A program made the position numbers and the translations under genes. A DNA stretch of 37,376 nucleotides from Octopus bimaculoides. Its lineage: Eukaryota. The notes under the pieces were generated by a model, which was not told the origin of the DNA, ran no database searches, and was given only the letters and a program-made list of their open reading frames with translations. Where the stretch lies: contig NC_068982.1 of the NCBI RefSeq assembly GCF_001194135.2, positions 143,190,699 through 143,228,074 on the forward strand, written 5' to 3'. Positions 24,984 through 36,650 of this stretch are shown piece by piece. The stretch's first letter is position 1. Every line of letters begins with the position of its first letter.

Positions 24984-26148
24984 ATCCCTCATATACATTG
25001 CATGTGGAAACATACATATACGCATACATCCAGACATACGTACCTATAAAAATACCTATATATCAGGTGTTTCACCCTTCCGTTGCGGTTTCGTTCCTTG
25101 CACTTTCAGCTTTGTTTATCCCCGTCCTTCATAAGTTCATAGTCCCACAGTTTTCCATAGTCATCTACATCAGGAGCACCAATGCCATTAATATTAATAA
25201 CTCCATCAACGTCTTCATACACCAAATATTTATTTTATGTTATATTTAGTTATTCATGTTTTATTTATATACTTACTCATCCGTACATTTATGTGTTTCT
25301 AATTACTTTCCGCATCATTTGATAATTTTGCAATTTATGCAAGCGTCTACGTTGAAAAACCTTTGTAATTTTCATCTTATTGCAAATGATGTAATTATTG
25401 TTACAAGATCTAAGAGATTGTCAAACCATTCTCATAGAACTCCCGAACAATTGCTAAATGGATTGTTAAACAATTACTAAACAACTTTTCTCTACATCTT
25501 TACCCGGTTGTCAGACCATACTTGAAGAATTCTCAAACAGATGTCGAGGAATTTTTCTCTGTACTCTGTATGAATTCTTTGCGTTATCTCACTCCTTCCT
25601 TGCATATTCTCTGCACATTTATTCAATCATCAATCACCCATGGAATGTCAGATTCGTGCATCTATGCGTTCAATGTATACCAAACAAGTGAATAACATTA
25701 CAAACACCAACATATTCGGATTCCCACGTTATAGCATTTTTATTTGGTTATGGGCTTTCGATTTCATTTCAATTCTGGCACAGTTGTAGATTTTGAATTT
25801 TGGATTTTTATATATATTCGTTATTTTTATATTCTTATATGTTTGTATACCTTCAATTTTGCATTCCAAATTTTCTCTATCACGAAATTTGTGTTTCCGT
25901 ATTTTGAAAATTTGCCTTTTTTTATTTTTATTTTTTTTATACTCATGTATTATTGAATATTTATAAGTGTTCCATCTGGTATTCATCAACCGTTGCATAT
26001 TACATTTACTCATGTATCCCTGCTTGGATTTGTAGAATTTCACGACACATCCAAGATGCCGTTAGGCGGCCATGTGACCATAATGTGACGATTGCAACAA
26101 CACACGCAATAGTTTGCTATTCTGTGTAAATATTATGCTGATTATAAG

Positions 26149-26221
<73 letters not shown>

Positions 26222-26378
26222 CAGAGTGTTGGAGTGTTTGAATCAATCAACGTGTGCATTGCTTATATGCATACGTTAGTCTATCACCATTATTATTCTT
26301 ATTCATATATATTTATTATTACTATTATTATTAGGTTTATTTTTATCATCATCATTATTATGGTTATTATTATTATTA

Positions 26379-26417
<39 letters not shown>

Positions 26418-26928
26418 CATATACTTATACACATATACATACAGCTGCTTGTGTGCATCTGTGTGCACATATGTCTATATAGAGATAAATAGGAATGTAT
26501 AAGAAGCGTCTATGTTTGGGTATATGTGCACTTACGTATGTATGGTTATATATNNNNNNNNNNNNNNNNNNNNNATATATATATATATGCATACATACAT
26601 ACATACATACATTCATACATACGTTGTTCCGTTCATGTATGTATAGGTGATAAAGAATATGTGAATATGTAGGTCTCGCTTTTTCTGTTTATGTATGTTC
26701 CTATTTGAAACATGTGTACTCCATGTATATACACGTGTACAGGTAGGTAAACATGATAGCAGCAGAAGAAATAAGAATATGAATAGATGCAGAAAGACTT
26801 AGAGGTGTCTCTTCATACATAGATACGTGTGTGTGAATGTACCTTTAAAAATGTAAGTGCGCATGTACGCGCATGTCTGTGCGTGTATATATGCATACAT
26901 TTCCCTGCTGTTTTCTCTTCATTTCTCC

Positions 26929-26975
<47 letters not shown>

Positions 26976-27697
26976 NNNNNNNNNNNNNNNNNNNNNNNNN
27001 NNNNNNNNNNNNNNNNNNNNNNNNNNNNNNNNNNNNNNNNNNNNNNNNNNNNNNNNNNNNNNNNNNNNNNNNNNNNNNNNNNNNNNNNNNNNNNNNNNNN
27101 NNNNNNNNNNNNNNNNNNNNNNNNNNNNNNNNNNNNNNNNNNNNNNNNNNNNNNNNNNNNNNNNNNNNNNNNNNNNNNNNNNNNNNNNNNNNNNNNNNNN
27201 NNNNNNNNNNNNNNNNNNNNNNNNNNNNNNNNNNNNNNNNNNNNNNNNNNNNNNNNNNNNNNNNNNNNNNNNNNNNNNNNNNNNNNNNNNNNNNNNNNNN
27301 NNNNNNNNNNNNNNNNNNNNNNNNNNNNNNNNNNNNNNNNNNNNNNNNNNNNNNNNNNNNNNNNNNNNNNNNNNNNNNNNNNNNNNNNNNNNNNNNNNNN
27401 NNNNNNNNNNNNNNNNNNNNNNNNNNNNNNNNNNNNNNNNNNNNNNNNNNNNNNNNNNNNNNNNNNNNNNNNNNNNNNNNNNNNNNNNNNNNNNNNNNNN
27501 NNNNNNNNNNNNNNNNNNNNNNNNNNNNNNNNNNNNNNNNNNNNNNNNNNNNNNNNNNNNNNNNNNNNNNNNNNNNNNNNNNNNNNNNNNNNNNNNNNNT
27601 ATATGTATGCATATTTATGCATGTATATATATATATATGAAAGTACATGTAAAAATGTATGTACGCATGCGTGGATCTCTATATATGTATATATCTA

Positions 27698-27751
<54 letters not shown>

Positions 27752-27791
27752 CATACACATACATACAAGCATGTGTGCGTGCGTGCATGCG

Positions 27792-27828
<37 letters not shown>

Positions 27829-28391
27829 CTTGTACCCCACTAACCACGTTGTGATGCATGCTCGTATACTTGTATTTATATGAATGCGTGTGCGAAAGAC
27901 TCTGCATACTTGTAAATGTGTGCATATATATATATATATATGTGTGTGTGTGTCTGTACATGGCGACATATGTGTTGGTGAGCGAAGTAAAATTTGTGTG
28001 TGTGTGTATATATATATATATTATAAAGGAAGCGGCAATAAATCATCACACGTGTATTCTCCCCTTTCTGTCATATCATTCAAACACTCTCTTATCCCGA
28101 TTCAATCATATCAGAACCTAGATCTTTATTTTATTGAAAAATAGCATCAGGTTTCAAAATAATTATAACCTGCCGTCTGTTAAGAGATAAATCTTAAAAT
28201 GAAAATATAACGGAAACTTAAATTTAACATGTGTTTAATAAATTCGTATATCAGATTTATGGATGTGAAATTCGGCATTTGTGACGTTCAAATTTCAAGA
28301 TTTATGAACAAAGAATAACTTTCAGACTTTAATGTGCATTTGAACCGTAAAATGTTATTACATGGGATGATAACTCTCTTTCTCTCGCTCC

Positions 28392-28442
<51 letters not shown>

Positions 28443-28710
28443 CGTGTGTGTGTATGCATGCATGTGTGTGTGTTATAGGGATTATCTACATATATACATA
28501 TACATCTGTATATAAATATATATACAGTATGTATATACGTTATATCTACCTTTCTATGTATAATAAACCTTTCTGTTTATTATACATAGCTATACACACA
28601 CACACACGCAAACACACATATAGGTAGATAAATAGGTTGATAGGCAGTGATAGACAATAAAGGTATGTACATATATGGTAACATACATGCGTACATAAAC
28701 ATTTTTGTAT

Positions 28711-29060
28711 ATGCTTGCGTGGTAAAGCAAGCGCTTCTCAACGTTGTTCTTGGTTCAATCCCCCTTCGTAGCATCTTGGGTAAGTGTCTCCTACCATGGA
28801 TGTGGGTCGACCAAAGCCTTGTGTTGTAAATATGTATGTAACTATACGTGTGAGTTTTTGTTTTTGTGTTTGTCCCCACCTCATTTGACAACCGGTGTTA
28901 ATTTGTTCACATCCTTGTAACATAGAGGTCCGGCAAAAGAGACGGATAGAATAAGAGACAGCCTCTAAAAAAAAAAGTACTATCGTCAATTTGTTCGAAT
29001 AAATCCTTGAAGGTGATGCTCCTGCATGGCCACAGTTTAATGATACTGAAAGAAATAATA
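28711..29060 (+). mobile_element. tRNA-derived SINE family C, near full length
   Basis: Head GCGTGGTAAAG...GGTTCAATCCC; body GGGTAAGTGTCTCCTAC..GACCAAAGCCTTGTG..GTTTGTCCCC..GACAACCGGTG; tail GGTGATGCTCCTGCATGGCCACAG...GAAAGAAATAATAA. Confidence 0.85.
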
Positions 29061-29068
29061 AACGGAAC

Positions 29069-29253
29069 TGTTATGGGGATAATAGTAAAAATGGGACACC
29101 CCTCCCACGTGACGAGTCGTATGTGATAGTCAGTACAAATACTGTGACGTCGAGAGAGTATTAGTGGAGTAGACGACCATTAGATAGTCCGTGTCTTAAT
29201 TATAAAGTTATACCGGAGTGGACGTTGTAACAGTCTGACAGAGGATTACAACA
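29069..29253 (+). repeat. 5' LTR of the gypsy element (~185 bp, TGTT...AACA)
   Basis: Starts TGTTATGGGG and ends TTACAACA immediately before the PBS. No second LTR is available to confirm the boundaries. Confidence 0.65.
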
Positions 29254-29254
29254 G

Positions 29255-29266
29255 TGGCGACGAGGA
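29255..29266 (+). promoter_or_regulatory. Primer-binding site TGGCGACGAGGA, complementary to the 3' end of tRNA-Ser(GCU)
   Basis: Lies 1 nt after the LTR end. Its reverse complement TCCTCGTCGCCA equals the 3' end of metazoan tRNA-Ser(GCU) plus CCA as I recall it. Confidence 0.75.
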
Positions 29267-31820
29267 ATTAACAAACTCACAGAAATTAAACAAACTCACA
29301 AGGAATTACGAAACTCGGAAACGATTTTTGTGCTAATTTTATAGCATACAAAATCGTAAAATTACGGAAGATTTCTTGGTCGGTTTGTTCGAGTTGCAAA
29401 AACAGCAACAAAAACAACTGTAAGAACAACAATAACAATTACAGCAACAAATGCTACAATTAATGAATAGTAACTCCTCAAAAAATGCTGAAAAGATGTT
29501 CTTGCTAGATTATGTTGCAAACTCGATAACAAATTTTAAGTATGAACAAGAGTTACCTTCGAGGCGTACTATAGAAGATACGAAAATATCTTCAATAAAG
29601 AGTGCAAAGATTTGGATGCCGATATGAAAACGATGAGTTATAGCAATTACGTACTCCCGAAAAAAAATACCTTCTGACGTAAAGTTTAAAAGTACGATAG
29701 ACATATTGTGTAACATTTTTAGCGAGAAACGCTCGTTGTTCAATACACGCTTGAAATGTTTGAAACTAGAAAAGAACAACGAGGAGGCTTACATCACATA
29801 CGCTAGTAGAGTTAACAGAGAATGTGAAAAGTTGAAACTGGACGAATCAAAGTCAGATATGCTCAATTGCCTGATATTTACTCAGGGACTAACTGCAGAA
29901 AAAGACGCAAAAGTAAAGACAAGAATTCTCGCTAAGTTGAAAGAAAGCCAAGCTGTAACAGCACAAGCGTCAGAAGAGTGTGAAAGAATAGTAAATTTAA
30001 GACACGATACAGTGAAAATTGAACATAAAGTTTGCACCTAAGTAAAATCGTCGGAAAATACAGAACAGTGTGAATAGAAATCAAGTGAGTACGATACAAT
30101 ACAAACAGGACAAAAAGTCAGGAAACAAACCCATGTTTTGCATGTGGAGGTTTACACCTGAGAAAAAAAACTGCCTATTTAAGAAAGTGGAATGTTTCTG
30201 TTGTGAAAATATTTGACACGTAAAAGCGCACTTTAAAACCAAAATAACAAAACGTTGGAACAAAGAAAAAAGAATATACAAGATGTCGAAAGAAAATGGT
30301 AACGTGACAAAGAGGAAATTCGTAAATGTGAAAATTAAAATATAAGAGTAAAAATGTAGTTAGACACAGAAAGTCATTTAACCATCGTGAATGAAGAAAC
30401 TTGGAAGTGTATAGGTAAACGGAAGTTAAGTAAATCTACAAAAGTAGCACAAGGTGTTACGGGTAAAAGATTGTATTTTGTAGGTGAATTTGTGTGTAAT
30501 GTGACATTTCATGACCAAATGAAAACGGCTAAAGTATATGTGTTAAAAAATTCAATTAATCTATTCGGCACAGAATGGATGGGACTGTTCAAATCGTGGA
30601 TAACGCCCATAAGTGTTTTGTGTAGGAATATAGTCAGTTTAGTCGCAGGTTCGAATGCGGCTGAAGGGTTGAAGCGAAAGATAAAACATTTTGTTGCCAG
30701 ACGTTTTCTCGGATGAACTACGTTGCTGCACGAAAACGAAGGCGAAAGTTGTAGGTAAAACAGAGTGCAACACCTGTATTTAAGTCAAAACAGGTAAATA
30801 AGAAATTTGAATGACTTGAAAGCCTATTAATAATCGAGAAGACGGACCACTCAGATTGGGCAGCATCTACGGTCTACGTAAAAAAGAAAAATATGTCAAG
30901 AGTTTGTGCAGATTTTTGAACGGGGTTCAATGATTGCTTAATCTCCCGTAACTATCCATTGCTGAGTTCTGAGGAAGAGTTCGCAAAATTGAATGGAGGG
31001 AAATTCTTCTCAAGATTAGACCTCTCGAAGGCATATTTACAAATCCAAGTAAAAGAAGAATGCTCATATTTATAAACCATCAATACACACCGTGACTCAT
31101 TTAAATTTAAGACGCTTCCCTTCGGTGTAAAAGTGGCTCCTTCCATATTTCAAGAAGCAACGGATGACTGTGATTTTGCTATCTTCTGTTTAGAGGATAT
31201 CCTAATAAAAAGCGAATCACACAAACAACACGTAAAGTGGGTATTCGAAAAAATAAGAGAATACGGTTTAACTTAAGTGAAGAAAAATGCGACTTCTTTC
31301 TGAAAAAAAATTAAATATCTGCGCCAGATAATAGAGAAATCGAAAATTTGGAAATGAAGTTTCGATGGTCTAAAAGTCCATGAGTCCAGTGTTTACCAAT
31401 CAGCAACAACGTCAAAACCAAAGTTTTCATGACATAAAATCACCAACAATAGAGTTTTTTTTAATATTCCTACTAATTAAAACTACTAATTATCATAATC
31501 GTTGTTAGTCACTTGGGGTTTAAACAAAATCTGTTAATCCAATATAATTTTTATTGTTTACTATATTTTTATGGTTTGTTTCTTTCCAGATTTCGAATAA
31601 TAACTGAACATATAATTCAAAATACTACACGACCAGCCATCATAAAAAACTTAGAGAAATTACAAAAAACGGACACCCGGATTATTTTATTATATGCAAA
31701 CAGGTTCGTATGAAGTTTCAATTTCCTTTTGTCTTCTTGTGTTGCTTCATTGAATTTCTCTACAGCTCTTCAGTCATGCACATACACACGGACCTGTGCA
31801 CATACGCACCCACAATTACG

Positions 31821-31866
<46 letters not shown>

Positions 31867-32845
31867 NNNNNNNNNNNNNNNNNNNNNNNNNNNNNNNNNN
31901 NNNNNNNNNNNNNNNNNNNNNNNNNNNNNNNNNNNNNNNNNNNNNNNNNNNNNNNNNNNNNNNNNNNNNNNNNNNNNNNNNNNNNNNNNNNNNNNNNNNN
32001 NNNNNNNNNNNNNNNNNNNNNNNNNNNNNNNNNNNNNNNNNNNNNNNNNNNNNNNNNNNNNNNNNNNNNNNNNNNNNNNNNNNNNNNNNNNNNNNNNNNN
32101 NNNNNNNNNNNNNNNNNNNNNNNNNNNNNNNNNNNNNNNNNNNNNNNNNNNNNNNNNNNNNNNNNNNNNNNNNNNNNNNNNNNNNNNNNNNNNNNNNNNN
32201 NNNNNNNNNNNNNNNNNNNNNNNNNNNNNNNNNNNNNNNNNNNNNNNNNNNNNNNNNNNNNNNNNNNNNNNNNNNNNNNNNNNNNNNNNNNNNNNNNNNN
32301 NNNNNNNNNNNNNNNNNNNNNNNNNNNNNNNNNNNNNNNNNNNNNNNNNNNNNNNNNNNNNNNNNNNNNNNNNNNNNNNNNNNNNNNNNNNNNNNNNNNN
32401 NNNNNNNNNNNNNNNNNNNNNNNNNNNNNNNNNNNNNNNNNNNNNNNNNNNNNNNNNNNNNNNNNNNNNNNNNNNNNNNNNNNNNNNNNNNNNNNNNNNN
32501 NNNNNNNNNNNNNNNNNNNNNNNNNNNNNNNNNNNNNNNNNNNNNNNNNNNNNNNNNNNNNNNNNNNNNNNNNNNNNNNNNNNNNNNNNNNNNNNNNNNN
32601 NNNNNNNNNNNNNNNNNNNNNNNNNNNNNNNNNNNNNNNNNNNNNNNNNNNNNNNNNNNNNNNNNNNNNNNNNNNNNNNNNNNNNNNNNNNNNNNNNNNN
32701 NNNNNNNNNNNNNNNNNNNNNNNNNNNNNNNNNNNNNNNNNNNNNNNNNNNNNNNNNNNNNNNNNNNNNNNNNNNNNNNNNNNNNNNNNNNNNNNNNNNN
32801 NNNNNNNNNNNNNNNNNNNNNNNNNNNNNNNNNACCACCACCAGA

Positions 32846-33065
32846 AAGGTGGCGAGCTGGCAGAAACATTAGCACGCCGGCTGAAATGCTAAGCGGTATT
32901 TCATCTGCTGCTACGTTCTGAGTTAAAACTCCATCGAGCTCGACTTTGCCTTTTATCTTTTCTCGGTCAATAGATTTAGTACCAGTTGCGTACTGGGGTC
33001 TATCTAATCGAGTGGCCCCGTCCCCCAAAATTTTTTGCCTTGTGCCTAAAGTAGATAAGAATATT
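32846..33065 (+). mobile_element. SINE family A, first unit of a tandem pair
   Basis: AAGGTGGCGAGCTGGCAGAAACATTAGCACGCCGG...TTGCCTTGTGCCTAAAGTAGATAAGAATATT. Confidence 0.9.
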
Positions 33066-33075
33066 TATGTACGAT

Positions 33076-33290
33076 AAGGCGGCGAGCTGCAGAAACGTCA
33101 GCACACCGGGCGAAATGCTTAGCAGTATTTCGTCTGTCTTTACGTTCTGAGTTCAAATTCCGCCGAGGTAGACTTCGCTTTTCATCCTTTCAAGGTCGAT
33201 AAATGAAGGACCAGTTGCATATTAGGATCGATCTAATCGGCTGCCCCCGCCTCTTCAAAAATTCTGGCCCTTGTGCCTAGAAAAGAAACG
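33076..33290 (+). mobile_element. SINE family A, second unit of a tandem pair
   Basis: AAGGCGGCGAGCTGCAGAAACG...GAGTTCAAATTCCGCCGAGG...CCCTTGTGCCTAGAAAAGAAAC. Confidence 0.9.
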
Positions 33291-35104
33291 TATATATCAA
33301 CCCAGAGACTCGAAAACACATTTCTAACACTAACATTGAAAAATTTGATTTGGCCTTATTGATGCCGTTATAAACTCAGAAGAGAAACAATAGTTTTATC
33401 AGTAATGGCTTGAGAACAATAGCAGCAGTAGAAACAACAGCAGCCACACTATAAGTAGTAGTAGTAGTAGTAGTAACGCCTAGATGTCTAAAGTTAGAAG
33501 AAGAAAAACAAAATGGTCGGTATACGAGTTGTAATTTTTCTTTATGACCAGCAGTAATTAAAGCGCAGTAATACCGCAATAACATGGCAGAGCTGTATTT
33601 GCACAGTGAATTACAAGAAGAAAAAAATCATGCCATTACTCGATGCTTTATGGTTTACCCTCAGCTAATATTCCACTAGTGATATTTATTACGAGCACTG
33701 AAAAATACTACTTTCAAAACGGGGATAATTGTTAACAGCTGTTCACTATAGAGAGCAAAATCTTGATTTATACATTTTCCAAACATATGATGTTCTGATT
33801 TTAGTATTTTAGTTCTTATATTTATTTACAGACTGCTTTTATGATATGGCTTTATATCACTTATGTCACCTTTATGGCAGTAGGGAACTTCATGGATTTG
33901 CGCGTGTGTGTATGTGTGAGTGTGCATGTGTATGTGTGTATATATATATATATATATGCACACACACATGTATATACATCTCGCTCTTTCTTTTACAATG
34001 TGTCTCTCGCTATACATGCATATTTACATACGTACGTACACACATAGATACATATATACATGCATGCATACGCGAGTGGCCAAACGAAAGGAAGATTCCC
34101 TCGACACATTTAGTTGGAGTTACATATTTTATTATTTAAAACAGTGAGATTGAGCTACATGCGACTTAAAGTTTCCTTGACTCCTAAAAGAAAGTTCTCG
34201 TCGGGCTCCTTCAAACAAGTTCACGAGCTGGAGACGAGTTAGTTTACTATAAGAAACATACGAAGCTATAATTCACGTGGGAGACGAAACCAACTGCTTT
34301 AACAATAATGATAACTGTCTCTTTAAGTCACAGGAGAAGGCATAACTTGAAACCTTTGGTGATTTTTTATTGCCTGCTTTCAAGAAAAGAATAACCGGTA
34401 ATTAAGAAACGAGTGTCTTTCAGAATAATAATGATAATAATAACTCTAGTAGAAATGGTACACAATACGAATACAAACAACAGGACATTAACAACAGGTG
34501 TCTTTCGACTAAGGACGAATTAAATTAAGCTGGCGTGTATGGAAGTAAAGCCTTACGGCAGGGACATAAGAGGTGACAGGCATGGGAAGGAATATAGATG
34601 TTGCAAGGATGGTAATCAGTCACGTTGAGTGAAAGAAGAGAGAGAAGTAGAGAAAAAGGGATAGAAGAATTAAGGAGGGAGGAGAAAAAAGAAAAGGGAC
34701 AATGAAATGAAAGAGAAGGGAATGTGAGAATGAAGAGAAGGCCAGGAAGTGTCAGAGAGGGGGAGCGAAAGAAAGAAGAGTGGAAAGAACGGAAGTGTGA
34801 AGGGGCTGGATGTTTTGTTGTCCCTTTTTTGTATCATCTAACTGTCTGGATGTTTTGCGTTCTTGTCCCATTTTTTTGTATTTTTGATCTACATATAGCG
34901 ACCTACGTACGCTTTGGTCTCTTATATATATATATATATATACATGAGTATGTGAATGCAAATATTTGGATGTTTAGATATATATTTAGATTCTTGAATT
35001 TCCCGTTGTGTAATTATAAATGATAAACTCTTATTGTTTATTCCTTAATTCTCGTGGCAATAATTTGAACAGACGTATATTCGTGTCTATGCATACTTAC
35101 AAAA

Positions 35105-35160
35105 GTGTGTGTGTGTGTGTGTGCGTCTGTGCGTGTGCGCGTGTGCGCGTGTGCGCGCGT

Positions 35161-35207
<47 letters not shown>

Positions 35208-35247
35208 CGCGCGTGTGTGTGCGCGTGCGCGCGCACACACACGCGCG
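35105..35247. repeat. Alternating purine-pyrimidine (TG/CG/CA) tract
   Basis: About 140 bp of mixed TG, CG and CA dinucleotides. Confidence 0.9.
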
Positions 35248-35679
35248 ACTCTGCTTAACCCTTCTTGTCTGCTATTGATAATTCTGTGCTTCTTTTAGCA
35301 TTATATGTCTGTTCGAGATACCTTCTAAACACTAATATGGCAGTGTTTTAAGTTTCCTACTTTATAACAACGTCAGGTACCATATACAGATTGCCATTCG
35401 GAACCAAATCATTTCAATCGCTAATAACCAATACATACATACGTATATTCATACATACATGCATATAATAATGATGATGAAATGTATCAACAAAAGAATG
35501 AGACCTTTATATTAGAGAAATAGAGGATTATTTATAAATAAATAATCGTCATTATAGTACTCGGAAAAAATCGTCATTATAGTACACGGATTTTCGAATG
35601 GCGGAGCGAAGAGATACGATACATTCTTCTATATATACAAATATATATGTATATATATATACACTTTTATAAGCCATTT

Positions 35680-35824
35680 AAGAAATACACAAAGACCGTT
35701 AGATTCACTTCAACATTTAAATATAATTTATCAAAATATTTTTGTCGGTTTGAGACCGCGACGAAAATATTTTGACAAATTAAATTTAAATGTTGAAGTG
35801 AATCTAACGGTTTTTGAGTTTCTT
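35680..35824. repeat. Long inverted repeat (hairpin); possible MITE
   Basis: 35690-35747 is the reverse complement of 35759-35816 with 4 mismatches in 58 bp. The loop is 11 nt, and an outer AAGAAA/TTTCTT pair extends the stem. Confidence 0.9.
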
Positions 35825-36177
35825 CCACGCTGCAATTGTTTTCGTTCTCAGATCGATTCACCTTCTATGCAAGTACATCTCCGTAAATCGCTGTATCGAC
35901 CAGAATATCGGTTGCTATACACCACTAATCACAATGCCCTTCCTCTTATNNNNNNNNNNNNNNNNNNNNNNNNNNNNNNNNNNNNNNNNNNNNNNNNNNN
36001 NNNNNNNNNNNNNNNNNNNNNNNNNNNNNNNNNNNNNNNNNNNNNNNNNNNNNNNNNNNNNNNNNNNNNNNNNNNNNNNNNNNNNNNNNNNNNNNNNNNN
36101 NNNNNNNNNNNNNNNNNNNNNNNNNNNNNNNNNNNNNNNNNNNNNNNNNNNNNNNNNNNNNNNNNNNNNNNNNNNNN

Positions 36178-36300
36178 ACAACAAGCAGGTATATTAGTTT
36201 GACGTTCAGGAAGGTGAGAATGTCTTTTGTGTTTCGAGCCTACGCTCTTCATCAGAAAGGAACATCAGGAAATAACCAGAGAGAATAAAAAAAAAACTTT
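36178..36300 (-). mobile_element. Penelope-like pseudo-LTR-type repeat, copy 2 (cut by a gap)
   Basis: Colinear with 22070-22215. Confidence 0.6.
36222..36260 (-). ncRNA. Minimal hammerhead ribozyme motif with canonical core and mutated stem III/cleavage site
   Basis: Minus strand: CCTTT-CTGATGA-A-GAGC-GTAG-GCTC-GAAACAC-A-AAAGAC. CUGAUGA, stem II and GAAA are perfect; the ACGT palindrome is changed to ACAC. Confidence 0.65.
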
Positions 36301-36317
36301 TGGAGTTAGCGGTCAAT

Positions 36318-36357
<40 letters not shown>

Positions 36358-36459
36358 TGTGTATACCATATATATGTATGTATATATATGTGTATGTGTG
36401 CGTGTGTACACACACGCATGGCTGCGTATACCATACTTATATGCTTGTCTCGGTTTCTT

Positions 36460-36650
36460 TGTGTTTGTCCCCCCACCCCTTGTCAACCGGTGTTGGTTTC
36501 TTTACGTCTCTGTAACCTAGCGCTTCAACCGAGGCTACATATAGATGTACCAGATTGAAAGAAATAGTACTGGAGTTTATTCGACTAAACCCTTACAGGC
36601 AGTGCCGCAGCATGACCACAATCCAATCACTGAAACAAGTAAATGAATAA
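36460..36650 (+). mobile_element. SINE family C, 3' part
   Basis: GTGTTTGTCCCCCCAC..CAACCGGTGTTGG..TTATTCGACTAAACCC..GTGCCGCAGCATGACCACA..CTGAAACAAGTAAA. Confidence 0.8.

Larger units (their letters stand above)
29069..31345 (+). mobile_element. Decayed Ty3/gypsy LTR retrotransposon (K02A2.6/Mag-like): 5' LTR, PBS, gag, protease and RT; no RNase H, integrase or 3' LTR seen
   Basis: Gag: SLFNTRLKCLKL...CLIFTQGL..KDAKVKTRILAKL; paired zinc-knuckle remnants CFACGGLH and CFCCENI*H (~30130-30235). Protease: M*LDTESHLTIV (30354-), from LDTGS. RT: SDWAASTVYVKKKN..RVCADF, YPL, FFSRLDLSKAYLQI, LPFGVKVAPSIFQ, with YLDD decayed to CLED. Many stops and frameshifts. Confidence 0.9.

Noticed and set aside
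34470-34900. Purine-rich stretch that may be an interspersed (Penelope-like) repeat
   Set aside because: No second copy or coding motif in the window, so it cannot be classified by eye.
35544-35590. 25-bp-period tandem duplication AATCGTCATTATAGTAC(T/A)CGGA
   Set aside because: It is real but an ordinary local slippage duplication.
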